64,000 nucleotides of DNA from an uncultured Chloroflexia bacterium (GTDB lineage: Bacteria; Chloroflexota; Anaerolineae; CG2-30-64-16). The translations under genes and the position numbers were made by a program. Under the pieces are notes generated by a model. It was not told the DNA's origin. It was given only the letters and a program-made list of their open reading frames with translations, and did not search any database. Of the stretch, positions 32,375 to 43,415 are shown one piece after another; the stretch's first letter is position 1; every line of letters begins with the position of its first letter. The DNA lies in NCBI GenBank assembly GCA_963695715.1, contig CAVOHP010000014.1, positions 154,612 to 218,611 of the forward strand. The letters are read 5' to 3'.

Positions 32375-32820
32375 CTGAAACTCAGCCGGCGCCCACAAAG
32401 GGCGATACGATGAGATCCGGCGCGACCCATGTGATCCGGCATTATATCAGCGATCAACCCATCGGGCCAAAGCCCCATGCTCGTTTGATACATGGGTAAC
32501 AATCCAAAAAGGTCACGAACAGGAGGGGCGCTTCGCCTGGGTCCAGACTCATATTGAACCAGCGCGGATGTCGCCCCACTGTGATGCCAAGCCATTGCTT
32601 TATGCTTGAAAACCACTCAATACCTCGTGGACCGCGCAGCGTCCGTACACTTCTTCACGCGTCCTGCGGTTGGTCACCTTGAGCCTCATTGTTTTGAGCT
32701 CTGGCCGGATGTTCGCGCTTAGGCACAGCCCGCGCCGGCGACCCCGCGGCCACGATCGGCGAAATCGCAACGCAATATACAGTCAGCGGCGACCTGGCGA
32801 CTGCACAGGCGGCCCTCGCG

Positions 32821-33882
32821 GCGTTGAAGCTGCCGAACGCCGCGCAACTGGTCGCCAGCCTTGCGGAAGATGCGATCTCGCAGGGGCGGGCGGATCAGGA
32901 GGCGCTGGCCCGGCTGGCCGCCGACCTGGGGACGAAAAGCCCGCGCATCCTGGCCTATCTACGGCCCACGGACGCGCCCAGCCCCACCGCCAGTCCGCTG
33001 CCCCCGCCGACGGAAACGCCTCAACCGACCCTGACGCCCACCGAAAGCCCCGCGCCGACGGAAATCCCGGCCACGGCGACCCTCGAACCCACATCCGACG
33101 CCGACCGCGACGCGACGCCCGACGCGCCGCGCGCGGTCGCCGAAAACGACGTGAACCTGCGCGGCGGCCCCGGCAGGCAGTATGCGGTGATCGGAAAGTT
33201 GCGCAGCGGGCAAGAAGCCGATATTATCGGGAGGAACGCGAGCGGCGACTGGTGGCAACTGGATTGGGACGGGCAGGCCTGGGTCGCCGGGACGGTGGTC
33301 AAGATCGTGGGGGCGCTCGATACGGTGGCCGTGGCGAAGAACATTCCCGCTGCGCCCACGCCTCGACCGGTTCCGACCGCCGCGCCTGTTGCGCCCGCCG
33401 CGCCGACGCAACCTCCGGCCGCCGTCGCGCCCAAGGCGTCAACCGCCTACGTGGTGAAAAGCGTGCGAGTGCGGCCATTGGGCCAGGATGCGCAGCAATG
33501 CGGCGGCGGTGAGCATAATATTTTCGTGACAGTCGTGGATCCGGGCGGCGCGCCGATTGACGGCGTACGAATCCGTGAAGTGTTCACCGGAATTGTCCAC
33601 GTGACCGGCGAAAAAGGTCCGGGCCGGGTGGATTACGATATTTACATGAATGGCGGCGGCCAGGTCGAGGTTGTGGACGAAGGAAACAACCCGCTCAGCC
33701 CGCAAACCCGGGGGATGAGCGCCAACCTGCCCGATTGGGATATGTTCCTGGACGCAGGATACTGCAATTGCAAACCCTATCCTGACGTTGACAGTTGCCG
33801 CGCCGGGTGGGAAGCCCGCGACTTCCGTTACATGCCGAACAGCCATTACGTTTACGACGTCGTTTTCCAGAGGACTTACTGA
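32821..33882 (+). CDS. Protein with PT-rich linkers, SH3b domain and an unrecognised ~130-aa C-terminal domain ending VVFQRTY; start uncertain (no ATG or signal peptide in the open frame, TTG at 32821)
   Basis: SH3_3-like VNLRGGPGRQYAVIGKLRSGQEADIIGRNASGDWWQLDWDGQAWVAG; C-terminal CGGGEHNIFVTVVDPGGAPIDGVRIREVFTG...KGPGRVDYDIYM...YVYDVVFQRTY is paralogous to the C-terminus of 33974-35781; the overlapping Arg-rich ORF in another frame looks spurious. Confidence 0.55.
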   Translation, partial: ALKLPNAAQLVASLAEDAISQGRADQEALARLAADLGTKSPRILAYLRPTDAPSPTASPLPPPTETPQPTLTPTESPAPTEIPATATLEPTSDADRDATPDAPRAVAENDVNLRGGPGRQYAVIGKLRSGQEADIIGRNASGDWWQLDWDGQAWVAGTVVKIVGALDTVAVAKNIPAAPTPRPVPTAAPVAPAAPTQPPAAVAPKASTAYVVKSVRVRPLGQDAQQCGGGEHNIFVTVVDPGGAPIDGVRIREVFTGIVHVTGEKGPGRVDYDIYMNGGGQVEVVDEGNNPLSPQTRGMSANLPDWDMFLDAGYCNCKPYPDVDSCRAGWEARDFRYMPNSHYVYDVVFQRTY

Positions 33883-33973
33883 GCTAGCAAAGCTAGAATG
33901 CTTCGCTCGGGCAGCACAGCGGTTGAGCCGGGGACACAGGCCCGGTGTGTGCTGATCTGCAAGGAGTGAGTTT

Positions 33974-35781
33974 GTGAAAGCATCCATGATAGATAATGCG
34001 CCGTTGTTCGCCGACCTGTCGGACGAGCAGCGCGCGGCGCTCGCCGATCGCATGGCGTTGCGAGCCGTGGCCGCCGGGGCCGTCATCTACGCCCAGGGCC
34101 AGCCCGCAAGAGACATGTACTTCGTCGGGTCGGGGCGCGTGCGGCTGCTGGCAGGCGAGGACACCGTGGTCGCCAATCTGGGCCAGGGGGCGCTGTTCGG
34201 CGACGCCGATGTTCTGGCGGGCCGCCCTTACAGCCTGACCGCAGAGGCGGCGACGGATTCGGCGTTATGGGCGCTCGAGCGCGGACAACCTGGCAGGGGT
34301 GATCGAAAAGTACCCCGAGATGGGCCGCAAGTTGATGCTGGCCGCCGGCCTCAGCGTCGAGCAGACCGCAGAACGACATCTGAAGCGGCTGGGGTTGCTC
34401 AGCGGGCTGACCTCCGAGCAGATTCAGGAAGTCGCGGGGCATCTGACCACGCAAGATTTCGCCGCCGGACAGGCCATCTATCGCGAGGGCACACCGGGCG
34501 AGGCGCTGTACATCATCGAAGACGGGCAGGTGTCGTTGCAAGCCGGCGGGTTCGTGACCGGGAACCGTTGGCGAGGGCGAGTTCTTCGGTGAAGCCGCGC
34601 TGCTCAACAACGACCTCCATGCCAACGATGCCATTGCACAAACCGCCTCGACGATCTGGGTGCTGGGACGCGACGATTTCGAGGAGCTGGCGCTCAAGTA
34701 TCCCGCCCTGAGCCTGAACCTGATGCGCGCGCTCAGCCGCCGATTGCGCGTGGGCGCGCCGGCAGCGGCGGCAGTCGCAGCGACGGCACCGGCCGTCCAG
34801 GCTTCGGCCCGCGCCGCAGCGCCGGTCGCCGTGGCGAGCGCGGCGGCCCCGCGCCGCCCGGTTCCCGTTGCGCCGCCCAGCGCGGCGGCCGTCACCGTCG
34901 AAAAGGCCTCGGGTTCGGCGACATCATGGTGGGGTACAGCCACGACGGGGGCGAAGATCCGCCTGGTGGCGTTGATCTTGCTGCTGATCTGGCTGATCGG
35001 GATCGCCACACCGCTGGCGATCATGAGCATGCGCCAGAACAACCCGGCATCGCGTTCGATGAATTCGGCCCGCCAGCGGCCTGATGTGCGCAGCCAGGTC
35101 GTCCTGTTGGCGCTGGCCGCGGATTTGCCGGTGCAGACCACGCCGACTTACACGCCCTGGCCCACTGAGACGCCGATGCCGACGGCCACCTTCACGCCCA
35201 CGGCCACGCCGACCGAAACGCCCATCCCGACGGCCACCTTCACGCCGACCGAGACGCCGGTCCCGCCGACTTCCACGCCGGTCCCGCCCGCGCCGGTCGC
35301 CCGCCAGGCCGCGCCGGCGCCGGTTGAGCAACCCGCCGCGCAGGAAGCTGCGCCGGTTGCAGCCGCCGCCGCAGTCCAGGCTGCGCCGGCCGCGCCAACC
35401 GTGCTCTACAAGCTGGTCGAGATGCGCCGGTTGACCGCGTGTGAGAATAAGGGCAACCATAACATCTTCATCGAGGTGATTGACGCCGCCGGGAATCCCC
35501 TTGATGGCGTCACGCTCGTTCAAACATCCCAGGATCAGATCGGCAACGTGCTGGATAAAGCGGTTTCCGGCGTGAAAGGCCCCGGCAAGGCCGAGTTCCT
35601 GCTGTGGAAGATGGCCGAGTACGCCGTCTACGTCACTGAAGACGGCTCTAACCCGGCCAGCACCGACATCGCTCGCCCCCTGCATTCCAACTTCACCGAC
35701 GAAGCCGAGTGCTCGGATGGCGGCGGCGGGAACACGCTGTTCCACAACTCCTTCAAGGTTGTGTTCCAGCGCACGTCCTGA
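33974..35781 (+). CDS. Single-pass membrane protein: two N-terminal cyclic-nucleotide-binding domains, Ala-rich spacer, TM helix, PT-rich linker, C-terminal unrecognised domain ending VVFQRTS; two frameshifts (~34280, ~34565)
   Basis: CAP_ED-like 1: FADLSDEQRAALADRMALRAVAAGAVIYAQGQPARDMYFVGSGRVRLL...GALFGDADVLAGRPYSLTAEA; CAP_ED-like 2: LTSEQIQEVAGHLTTQDFAAGQAIYREGTPGEALYIIEDGQVSLQAG...GEFFGEAALL...TIWVLGRDDFEELA; TM IRLVALILLLIWLIGIATPLAIM; C-terminal CENKGNHNIFIEVIDAAGNPLDGV...KGPGKAEFLLW...FKVVFQRTS. Confidence 0.65.
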
Positions 35782-35805
35782 ACGATCTCAATACCCAAAA
35801 GTGAA

Positions 35806-35837
35806 AGGCCCCGGTGAATTCCGGGGCCTCTTTTTTT
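35806..35837 (+). terminator. Rho-independent terminator (AGGCCCCGG-TGAATT-CCGGGGCCT followed by T7)
   Basis: 9-bp GC-rich stem plus CTTTTTTT immediately after the stop at 35781. Confidence 0.7.
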
Positions 35838-35898
35838 GGCCATGCCACAAGGTGCAACGCACCTCGGAAGTGCGTTGCACCTTGCTGATCAGATCTGC

Positions 35899-36147
35899 TC
35901 AGACTCTACGGCCGCGCACGAGGCGCTCTTTTTGTTGCCGGGTGTAGCGTTTGATGCACGCCTCGCGCTTCATGGCCGAGGCCCGATCCGCGGCTTCTTC
36001 TTGATAGACCAGCGTCACCGGGCGGCGCGTCTGTGTGTAGCGCGCGCCGCGGCCGGCATTATGCGCCGCCACGCGCCGCGCCACGTCAACGGCCCAGCCG
36101 GTGTAATAGGTGCCGTCGGCGCAACGCAGGATATACACATAGGGCAT
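35899..36147 (-). CDS. GIY-YIG nuclease-family protein (82 aa)
   Basis: MPYVYILRCADGTYYTGWAVDVARRVAAHNAGRGARYTQTRRPVTLVYQEE: GIY...YIG motif spacing plus conserved Arg/Glu; start overlaps the upstream stop (TGATG). Confidence 0.8.
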   Translation of the reverse strand: MPYVYILRCADGTYYTGWAVDVARRVAAHNAGRGARYTQTRRPVTLVYQEEAADRASAMKREACIKRYTRQQKERLVRGRRV

Positions 36148-37136
36148 CAGCGCTTGCCGGACTCCGCAGGCGGCGGACGCTTCGTGCGCCCGATGCCGAG
36201 CATAGACTTGAGCATGCTGCCCTTCGTGGGCATCTCCGGCATCGGCTCGGTCAGATCCCACCGTCCGCTGTAGTACGCCTCCAGCCAGCCCGTGCGCGCC
36301 GCCAGCGCCTCGTCGAATTGCGCCGCCAGCGCAGCCTCATCGGCATCGGCGATGGCCGCGCGCAACGCGCCCAACTCGGCCGATACCGCATCCAGCCAGT
36401 GCAGCACCGCGGTGGAATTGGCGAGACACGCCGCGGCGGCCGCGCCGCCCGTCGCCGGCATGATCAGGCTGCTGCTGTAGAACTGGCCCGCCGCCAACCG
36501 CCGCATGTCGCGCCAGTTCGGGCTGCTCGACCCGACCCCCAGCAGCGCCGCGGCCATGAGAGACGCCGCGCCCTCCGTCGCTGCGGTGAACACATCGTGC
36601 TCCTGCGCATCTACGAAGAACGGCTGCGCGCCCAGCGCCGCCACCAGATCAGACGCCAGTTGGACGGCCGTCTCATTCGTTGCCGCGTCGGGGGCCAGCG
36701 CGAATACCCGATCCTTATACAAATCGGGCGAGGCCACGGTGGTGTCGCTCAGGTCGGCGAGGATGATCGGATGGCCGGCCACCAGATGCACGTTTGACGG
36801 CAAGGTTTCGCGGCCCAGGGCGATGACCGGAGAGATGACGTCGCTGAGCGCCAGGATGACGCAACCCGGTTTGAGGTTTTCGCTCATGACCGCCAGGGTG
36901 TCCTTCACTTCGTCCAGCGGCACGACCAGGATAATGCGATCGGCCCCTGACGTGGCGGCGGACAAGTTCCACTCGGTCTTCTCCACCGCGCCCAGCTTGC
37001 GCGCGCCGGCCGATAGCTCGGCGCTGGCGTCGTGCCCGATCACGACGACGCGATCCGCATGACGGCGCAACGCCATGCCCGCGGATGCGCCGAGCAGGCG
37101 CAACCCGATGATCGTGACTTGTATCTTATCCGGCAT
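36147..37136 (-). CDS. Prephenate/arogenate dehydrogenase-family protein
   Basis: VTIIGLRLLGASAGMALRR Rossmann GxGxxG; ...LVAGHPI...; 329 aa; family-level call only. Confidence 0.65.
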   Translation of the reverse strand: MPDKIQVTIIGLRLLGASAGMALRRHADRVVVIGHDASAELSAGARKLGAVEKTEWNLSAATSGADRIILVVPLDEVKDTLAVMSENLKPGCVILALSDVISPVIALGRETLPSNVHLVAGHPIILADLSDTTVASPDLYKDRVFALAPDAATNETAVQLASDLVAALGAQPFFVDAQEHDVFTAATEGAASLMAAALLGVGSSSPNWRDMRRLAAGQFYSSSLIMPATGGAAAAACLANSTAVLHWLDAVSAELGALRAAIADADEAALAAQFDEALAARTGWLEAYYSGRWDLTEPMPEMPTKGSMLKSMLGIGRTKRPPPAESGKR

Positions 37137-37175
37137 GGCTTCTTCCCTTTGTGTTATGTCAATATCTAGTTGTCA

Positions 37176-37736
37176 TCATCTGCGGCCTGCAAGGCGACCA
37201 ACAGGTGATCCGGCTCCGCCTGCGCCGGCGGCTCCTGATGCCTGCGGATGAGGCTCACGGCGCCGCGGATCGCACCCCGCGGCTTCCGCGAGGGTCGCGC
37301 CGACATCGGGATGATGCACGTGCGCCCAAAAAGGTTGTCGCCATCCGCCGGGGCCAGGGGCGGGCGCCGCCGCCCACCCGGCGAGAGACGCGGGCCAGTA
37401 CGCCTTGATCAGTACGGCGATCACACGATGCGCGAGCGTGATGCCGCCCCGATGCTTGGCGCAATCATGGAGCAGCGCCGCCTGCGCCAGGGCCGGCTCC
37501 GCATATCCCCGCGCGCGCAGCGTCCGCCACACCTCGAGCGCGTGGCGGCGATCCACCTGCGGCATCGCCGCATAGAGTTCCCAGGCCGACTCCGGCAACA
37601 CGCGCCGCGCTTCGGCCTCATCGGCGGGCTGCAAGGGGTGCAGTAACACCCTCACCGCCTGCCCAAACTGGCGAACCCGATAGCGCGCCTGGCTCAGGGC
37701 TGAGCGCGGAGGGGTACGAACGCTATCGGCCATCAT
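37176..37736 (-). CDS. HD-domain phosphohydrolase-family protein
   Basis: H...HD motif: RRHALEVW...AALLHDCAKHRGG; C-terminal ~40 aa low-complexity, possibly frameshifted. Confidence 0.55.
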   Translation of the reverse strand: MMADSVRTPPRSALSQARYRVRQFGQAVRVLLHPLQPADEAEARRVLPESAWELYAAMPQVDRRHALEVWRTLRARGYAEPALAQAALLHDCAKHRGGITLAHRVIAVLIKAYWPASLAGWAAAPAPGPGGWRQPFWAHVHHPDVGATLAEAAGCDPRRREPHPQASGAAGAGGAGSPVGRLAGRR

Positions 37737-38393
37737 ACGCCGAGCAAGGCCCCTCGAATCGTGTTCATCAGCGGCCCCAGCACCTTGCCCAGGAAATTGA
37801 GGCCGGGCGAGAAGTAGCCGATCATCAGCAACCCCATCAGCAGGAGCGAACCGTAGGTGCGTAACGGCTCGAAGAACCGCGCGGCGTCTTCGCCCACAAT
37901 GCCCATCAGCACGCTATAGCCATCCAGTGGGCCCAGCGGGATCAAGTTGAAGATGAAGAGCACGACGTTGATCGTGACGAAGGTCCAGATCACACCGAAG
38001 ACCCACGGAGGCGCAGCATCGAACAGCGCCCAACCGATAGGGGATGGCGACGATGATCGCCATGAGCAGGTTGCTGAGCGGCCCCGCGGCGGCGACAATG
38101 GCGTTGCCGACGCGCGGCCCGTAACGCAGACGATAGGGATTCACCGGCACAGGCTTGGCCCAGCCGATGAACTGCGTCACGATCAGCATCAGCGACCCGA
38201 AAATATCGAGGTGGCGCAGCGGGTTGAGCGTCAAGCGGCCCATTTGCTGCGCGGTGTCATCGCCCAACCGATAGGCGACGAGCGCGTGGGCAAACTCATG
38301 CACCGGGAACGCCACCAGCAGGATCACGGCCATCGCGACGATGGTCGAAATATCAATATTTGGCACTACATCTTCCTTGCAAGACAAACTCAC
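37733..38393 (-). CDS. Site-2 protease-family (peptidase M50) zinc metalloprotease; one frameshift
   Basis: HEFAHALVA (HExxH) in the first frame; NVVLFIFNLIPLGPLDGYSVL (LDG motif) in the second frame. Confidence 0.7.
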
Positions 38394-38516
38394 CTGAAAA
38401 TAGGACGCTGACGAGCGCGGATGAACGCGGATTTACCTGCATTTTCGTCGTTCTACCAGCGGATTATACCACGGTTTGAATCATCGGCGATGCGTGCTAT
38501 CATGGGCTGAACGCAC

Positions 38517-40798
38517 ATGGCCCGAAAGATCGTTGATTTGTCTACCTACCCGTGGCGCATGGGCCAGGTCCCCCGCCAGCCGTTCGGCGCGGCGCCCCAC
38601 GATGACCGTGACGCAGTGACCGAATGGCTGCCCGCGCGCGTGCCGGGCGATGTGCGCGCCGACCTGATCGCCGCAGGCCGGATTCCCCCTGTGGAAAGCC
38701 CCGAGGGCATCGCCGCCGGAGAGTGGGTGGACGAGTAGCGATTGGTGGTATCGCGTGGAGTTGCCCCGCGACTTCGCGGCGGATGAAACGGTGATCCTCG
38801 AAGCGGACGGGATTGACTATCAGAGCGCGATCTGGTTGGATGACATGCTCCTCGGGACGCACGTCGGGGCGTTCGCGCGGCAGGCCATGCCGTTGGCGGT
38901 GCAACCCGCCGGCGCGCACGAACTGGCGATCCGCATCTGGGGCGGCGGGGCGCTGCCGCGCCTGCCCGCGACGACGAGCAAGCATCTCATGCGCGGCGTC
39001 CTCGGTCGCCTCGCTCCCGGCATCGAGTACTTCCCCGACCGCATGGCGACGACGAAAGCCCAGTTCGGCTTCGGGTGGGATTTCTCACCGCGCCTGCTCA
39101 GCGCCGGCATCTGGGATGAGATCCGCCTGATCCGCACCCATAACGCCTACATCGAGGACCTGCACATCCGACCCGATCCGCTCACCGAGGCCGATCCGAC
39201 GGCGGTCATCTGGCGGCTGCGGCTGCGGGTGGCCCGCCTGCACCCCTGCGCGGTGCGCGCCGAAGTGACCATCCGTCCCGAGAATTTCGAGGCCGGTGGG
39301 TATCACGCCGCGGGGCGCACCATCAACCTGTGTCCCAACGATGCGCCGCTTTGCACCGCCGATTACGACCTCGCTGTGGAGATGGCCGCGGCGCGACGCT
39401 GGCAGCCGTGGGATCAGGGCGATCCGTGTCTTTATCGCGTCACCATACGCCTGCTCGACGGGAACACCGTGCTTGACGAGATCAGCGAGGTCACGGGAGT
39501 GCGCCGGGTCGAGCGGGCGGCCCTGCCCGGCGGCGCGCCCTGGAGTTTCCGGGTCAACGGCCGGCCCTACGTTCCTCCGCGGGGCAAACTGGGTTCCGGC
39601 GGACATCCTGCCGGGTCGCGTCACTGCGGACGATTACGACCGCCTCATCGGGCACGCACGCGCGGCGGGCGTCAACTTCCTGCGCGTGTGGGGCGGCGGG
39701 GTGCGCGAGAAGCGGGCCTTCTGGGACGCCTGCGATCGGCTGGGCATCCTGGCATGGCAAGAGTTCCCGTTGGCCTGCGCCTTCCTCGACCACTACCCGC
39801 GCAGCCCGGAGTATCTCGATCTCCTGGAGGCGGAGGCGCGCGGCGCGGCGCAGTTGTTGCGGAATCACCCCTCGCTGCTGGCCTGGTGCGGCGGCAATGA
39901 GATCAACGCGGCGCGCGAGGCGCTGCCGCTGGCGCGCCTGGCGAATGTGCTGCGCGAGGAAGACCCCGACCGGCCCTGGATTCCCGCGTCGCCGTCCGAC
40001 GGGGATATCCATCAATGGAACGTCTGGCACGCCTTCGAGGATTGGGCGACGCTGGCCGATGCGCGCGCGCCCTTCCTGAGCGAGTTCGGGATGCAGGCGC
40101 TGCCCTGCGCCGATTCGGTCGCAGAGATGTTCACCGCTCCCGCGCCCACCTCGTTGAGCGACCCACGCTGGGCGGCGCGGCTGGCGCAAACGGCGAAGCT
40201 GGCATTCTATGCGGGCGATGCGCCCGATCTGACGGCGGCCATCACGCAGACTCAGAGAGTGCAGGCCGCAGCATTGCAAACGGGGATCGAAGCCTGCCGG
40301 ATACGCCGCGAACCCTGCGAACCGGCAACGGATGGCGCAGATGCGGCCTGGGACTACTGCGGAGGCGTGGCATTCTGGCAATTCAACGAACCGTGGCCCG
40401 CAGTGAGCTGGTCGGTGATGGATCGCGCGGGACGCCCGAAGGCCGCCTACGCCATCCTGCGACGATCTTACCAACCGCTGTTGATCGCCGCGCGCTTCCC
40501 GTGGATGGAGTTCACCACAGCAGCCGCCCTGCCCATCGAATTCTGGATCGTGAACGATGCGCCGGTAGAGCATCGGGGGTGCAGGGCGGAAGCTCGCCTC
40601 GACGGGCGGCTGGTCTGGTCTGCCGCCGACCTGAACGTACGCGGGGGCGCAGCAGCCCGCATCGCCCGTGTAGAAATCGCCCTCAGCGGGCCGCCGGAAC
40701 AACTGGAACTCGCGTTGCTTGCAGCCGGAGGGAACCCACTCGCCTGCAATGTTTACGACCTGAGCGTCCCCCGTCCGCACAACGCGCCCCGCGGCTGA
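38517..40798 (+). CDS. Glycoside hydrolase family 2-like (beta-mannosidase-like) protein; two frameshifts (~38737 and ~39580)
   Basis: EWVDE|DWWYRVELPRDF junction (one extra T at 38737 creates a TAG); RVNGRP|FLRGANWVPADILP junction; downstream ...WQEFPLAC...GGNEI...WQFNEPWPAVSWSV blocks typical of GH2 TIM-barrel and C-terminal domains. Confidence 0.7.
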
Positions 40799-40834
40799 GC
40801 GCGCTGTTGCACCGGCTGGGGATGCGGTTGATCG

Positions 40835-41780
40835 GTGGATAGCCCCATGCGCATCGCCGTCAACGGCTGGTTCCTGGATCAAATCGCCACGGGCAGCGGG
40901 CAATACCTCAAGGCCCTGATCGAGTGGTTACCGCAGTCGGGGCCGGAGCATCGAGTATCACCTGATCCTGCCGGCGGGTTCACGCGCGATCGCCACGCTG
41001 CCCATCTCGTGGCGGGCGACGCGCATCGCCACGCCTTTCGACAGGATCAACCGCAACCTGGCGAAGCTCTGGTTCGAGCAGGTGACCTTCCCGGCGGCGG
41101 CGCGTGACATGGGGGCCGATGTCGCGTTCGTGCCCTACTGGGGCGCGCCCTTCCGACGGCCCTGCCCGGTGGTCGTCACCATCCACGATCTGATCCCGAT
41201 GTTGTTGCCGCTCTATCGCGGCGGCGTGCTCCAGCGCGCCTACACACGGCTGGTTGCCCTGACGGCCCGCCGCGCGAGCGCGGTGCTCACCGATTCGGAA
41301 GCGGGGAAGCGCGACATCGTCGCCCACCTGGGCATCGCGCCGGAGCGCGTCCACGCGGTGCATCTGGCCGCGGGACCACAGTATCACCCCGTCAGCGACC
41401 CGGGCGAGTTGGCGCGCGTGCGCGAAAAGTACGCTCTGCCCGCCGCGCCCTTCCTGCTCTATCTGGGCGGTTTCGACGCGCGCAAGAACGTGATGCGGAT
41501 GGTGCAGGGTTACGCCGGGATACCGGCGGATGGGCCGCATCTGGTGATCGGCGGCAAGCTGCCCGCAGAGGACTCGCCGTTCAGCCCCGACCCGCGCCCG
41601 CTCATCGAGCGCCTGGGTATTGCGGAACGCGTTCACCTGATCGGTTGGGTGGATGAAGCCGACAAACCGACTCTTTACTCGCTGGCATTGGCGACCGTCT
41701 ACCTGAGCGAATACGAGGGCTTCGGCCTCCCCGTGATCGAGGCGATGGGCAGCGGCTCCGCGGTGCTTACGGCGAGGTAG
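40835..41780 (+). pseudogene. Glycosyltransferase family 4 (GT-B) gene: one frameshift (~40950) and truncated C-terminus
   Basis: MRIAVNGWFLDQIATGSGQYL...; then LAKLWFEQVTFPAAARDMGADVAFVPYW...TIHDLIP...; ends ...YEGFGLPVIEAMGSGSAVLTAR* without the expected ~100 further residues. Confidence 0.6.
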
Positions 41781-41849
41781 CCGGCTTCGTCGAAGTGTGA
41801 TAAAGTGATCCCCCGCGCTTGTCAGCGGCGCGAGGAGCGTGATGGAGAA

Positions 41850-42194
41850 AGCCCAATAACGACCGAGCGACTTCCGAGACGCCTGTCTCGCCGGCAGTTC
41901 ATTGCGCTGTGCGCCGCGGCGACGCCGGGCGTGTGGCTTGCAGCCTGTGTGCCCGTCCCGGCGTCGAATTTCGAGGAGGAAATCCGCAGGGCGGCGCTCG
42001 CCGCGCGCGCGCCCCTGGGCGGCATAGACTACGATCCTGCCTCCACATTCCCCCCTTTCGCCCGCGCGCATGGGCTGGGCATGCCCCTCACGCAGGAATT
42101 GGGATATGCCGGGTATCGCTTCCAGGGCTACGCCGGCGGCATCGTCTACGCGCCCGTCGCCGATCTCACCGACCTGCGCATCCTCTCCTGGTAA
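41850..42194 (+). CDS. Hypothetical small secreted/lipoprotein (Tat-like RRQFIALCAAATPGVWLAAC), start uncertain
   Basis: Twin-Arg-like motif plus hydrophobic stretch plus Cys; no homology recognised. Confidence 0.3.
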   Translation, partial: SPITTERLPRRLSRRQFIALCAAATPGVWLAACVPVPASNFEEEIRRAALAARAPLGGIDYDPASTFPPFARAHGLGMPLTQELGYAGYRFQGYAGGIVYAPVADLTDLRILSW

Positions 42195-42379
42195 CGGCAC
42201 GAAGCGAACACCCCAAGAAGCACCCCGCGCTGCGACGCCGGAAATCCTGCCGGGCGACGTCACGCGGCGCGCCCTGCGCCGACCGGAACACCGATCATCC
42301 AAAGCAGGCAGTTCATGCACCAGAGTAACATTTGCCATAACCACTATCATATGTTACTTTTCTCCTGGAGATAAATGCC

Positions 42380-43337
42380 ATGCCAATCAGGCAACGAGAA
42401 GACCTGGCGGCGCGCACGGCGCTGCTCTATTATCAATACCAGAGAAGCCAAAATGAGATCGCCGTCGAACTCGGCATTTCCCGGTCCTACGTATCCCAAT
42501 TGCTTACCTATGCCCGGGGGACGGGTATGGTGAAAATCAGCATCAACATTGATAGCGATTATCTGAAAGAAACCGAATTCGCCGCAAGGTTCCCCGGTTT
42601 GCGGCACGCCTATATCATGCGGTCCGATTCAGACGAATACACCGCGGCGAACATCGGCAGTTTTGCCGCGCCCCATGTTACGCGTTTGATCCATGCGGCG
42701 CAAGCCATCGGGATCAACCTGGGCAAGGCCGTACAGAGCGTCATCGAATGCCTGGATAGCACAGACTTCCCGGAATCCGGGCCCAGAACCGTCGCGCAAA
42801 TCATGGGCGGTTTCGGAAAGAACCAGCCTGATACCACGCTACCTGGCGAACTTGTGGCACAGCTCGCCAGGAAGATCGGCGCAAGAAGCCTCTATCTGAA
42901 TTGCCCGGCCATCCTTGAAAACCCGGGGCTGAAAGAGTCTTTGATGCAAGAGCATTCCATTGCGACGATTGCCGCATTCTGGCAGACGCTCGACCTGACG
43001 ATCATGGGCATCGGAGCAGCCGACGAGAGTTCGAGGATCTATGCCCAGCTTGCGCCCGAGATGCGGGAGACACTGAAAGATCAAGCGCGTGTGCTCTGAG
43101 ATCACGGTCAATTTCTTCGATGAAGAGGGTCAATATCACCCCCTGCTTGATGATCACAAGATCAGCATCCCCTATGAAGAGTTACGAGCGGTCAAGACGA
43201 AAGTTGTCATTGGACACGGGGCGAACAAAGCCCGCGCGATCCTCGCCGGACTCAAGGCCGAGATGATTGACGTGCTACTGACCGACTACTTGACGGTCGC
43301 ACAGATAGACGCATTATTGGCGACCGACCGGTCATGA
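42380..43337 (+). CDS. SorC/DeoR-family sugar-binding transcriptional regulator; frameshift at ~43085
   Basis: N-terminal HTH ARTALLYYQYQRSQNEIAVELGISRSYVSQLL; sugar-binding domain continues into the second ORF CSEITVNFFDEEGQ...VVIGHGANKARAILAGL; 239+82 aa matches the usual ~320 aa. Confidence 0.75.
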
Positions 43338-43415
43338 ACACTCCGCGCCGGTGACGGGGTCATGAAAACACTCGGATCGCCGCGGTCATCACCATATCGC
43401 CATCCAGGAGTTTCG

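Noticed and set aside
32670-33512. 280-aa Arg-rich ORF (MVTLSLIVLSSGR...)
   Set aside because: Alternative frame of the SH3b-domain protein; it translates to an RRRP-type low-complexity sequence; the other frame carries SH3b and the conserved C-terminal domain.
40980-42350. 456-aa ORF on the minus strand
   Set aside because: Arg/Gly/Ala-rich composition typical of antisense reading of high-GC genes; it lies exactly opposite the GT4 gene and the small lipoprotein ORF; no motif.
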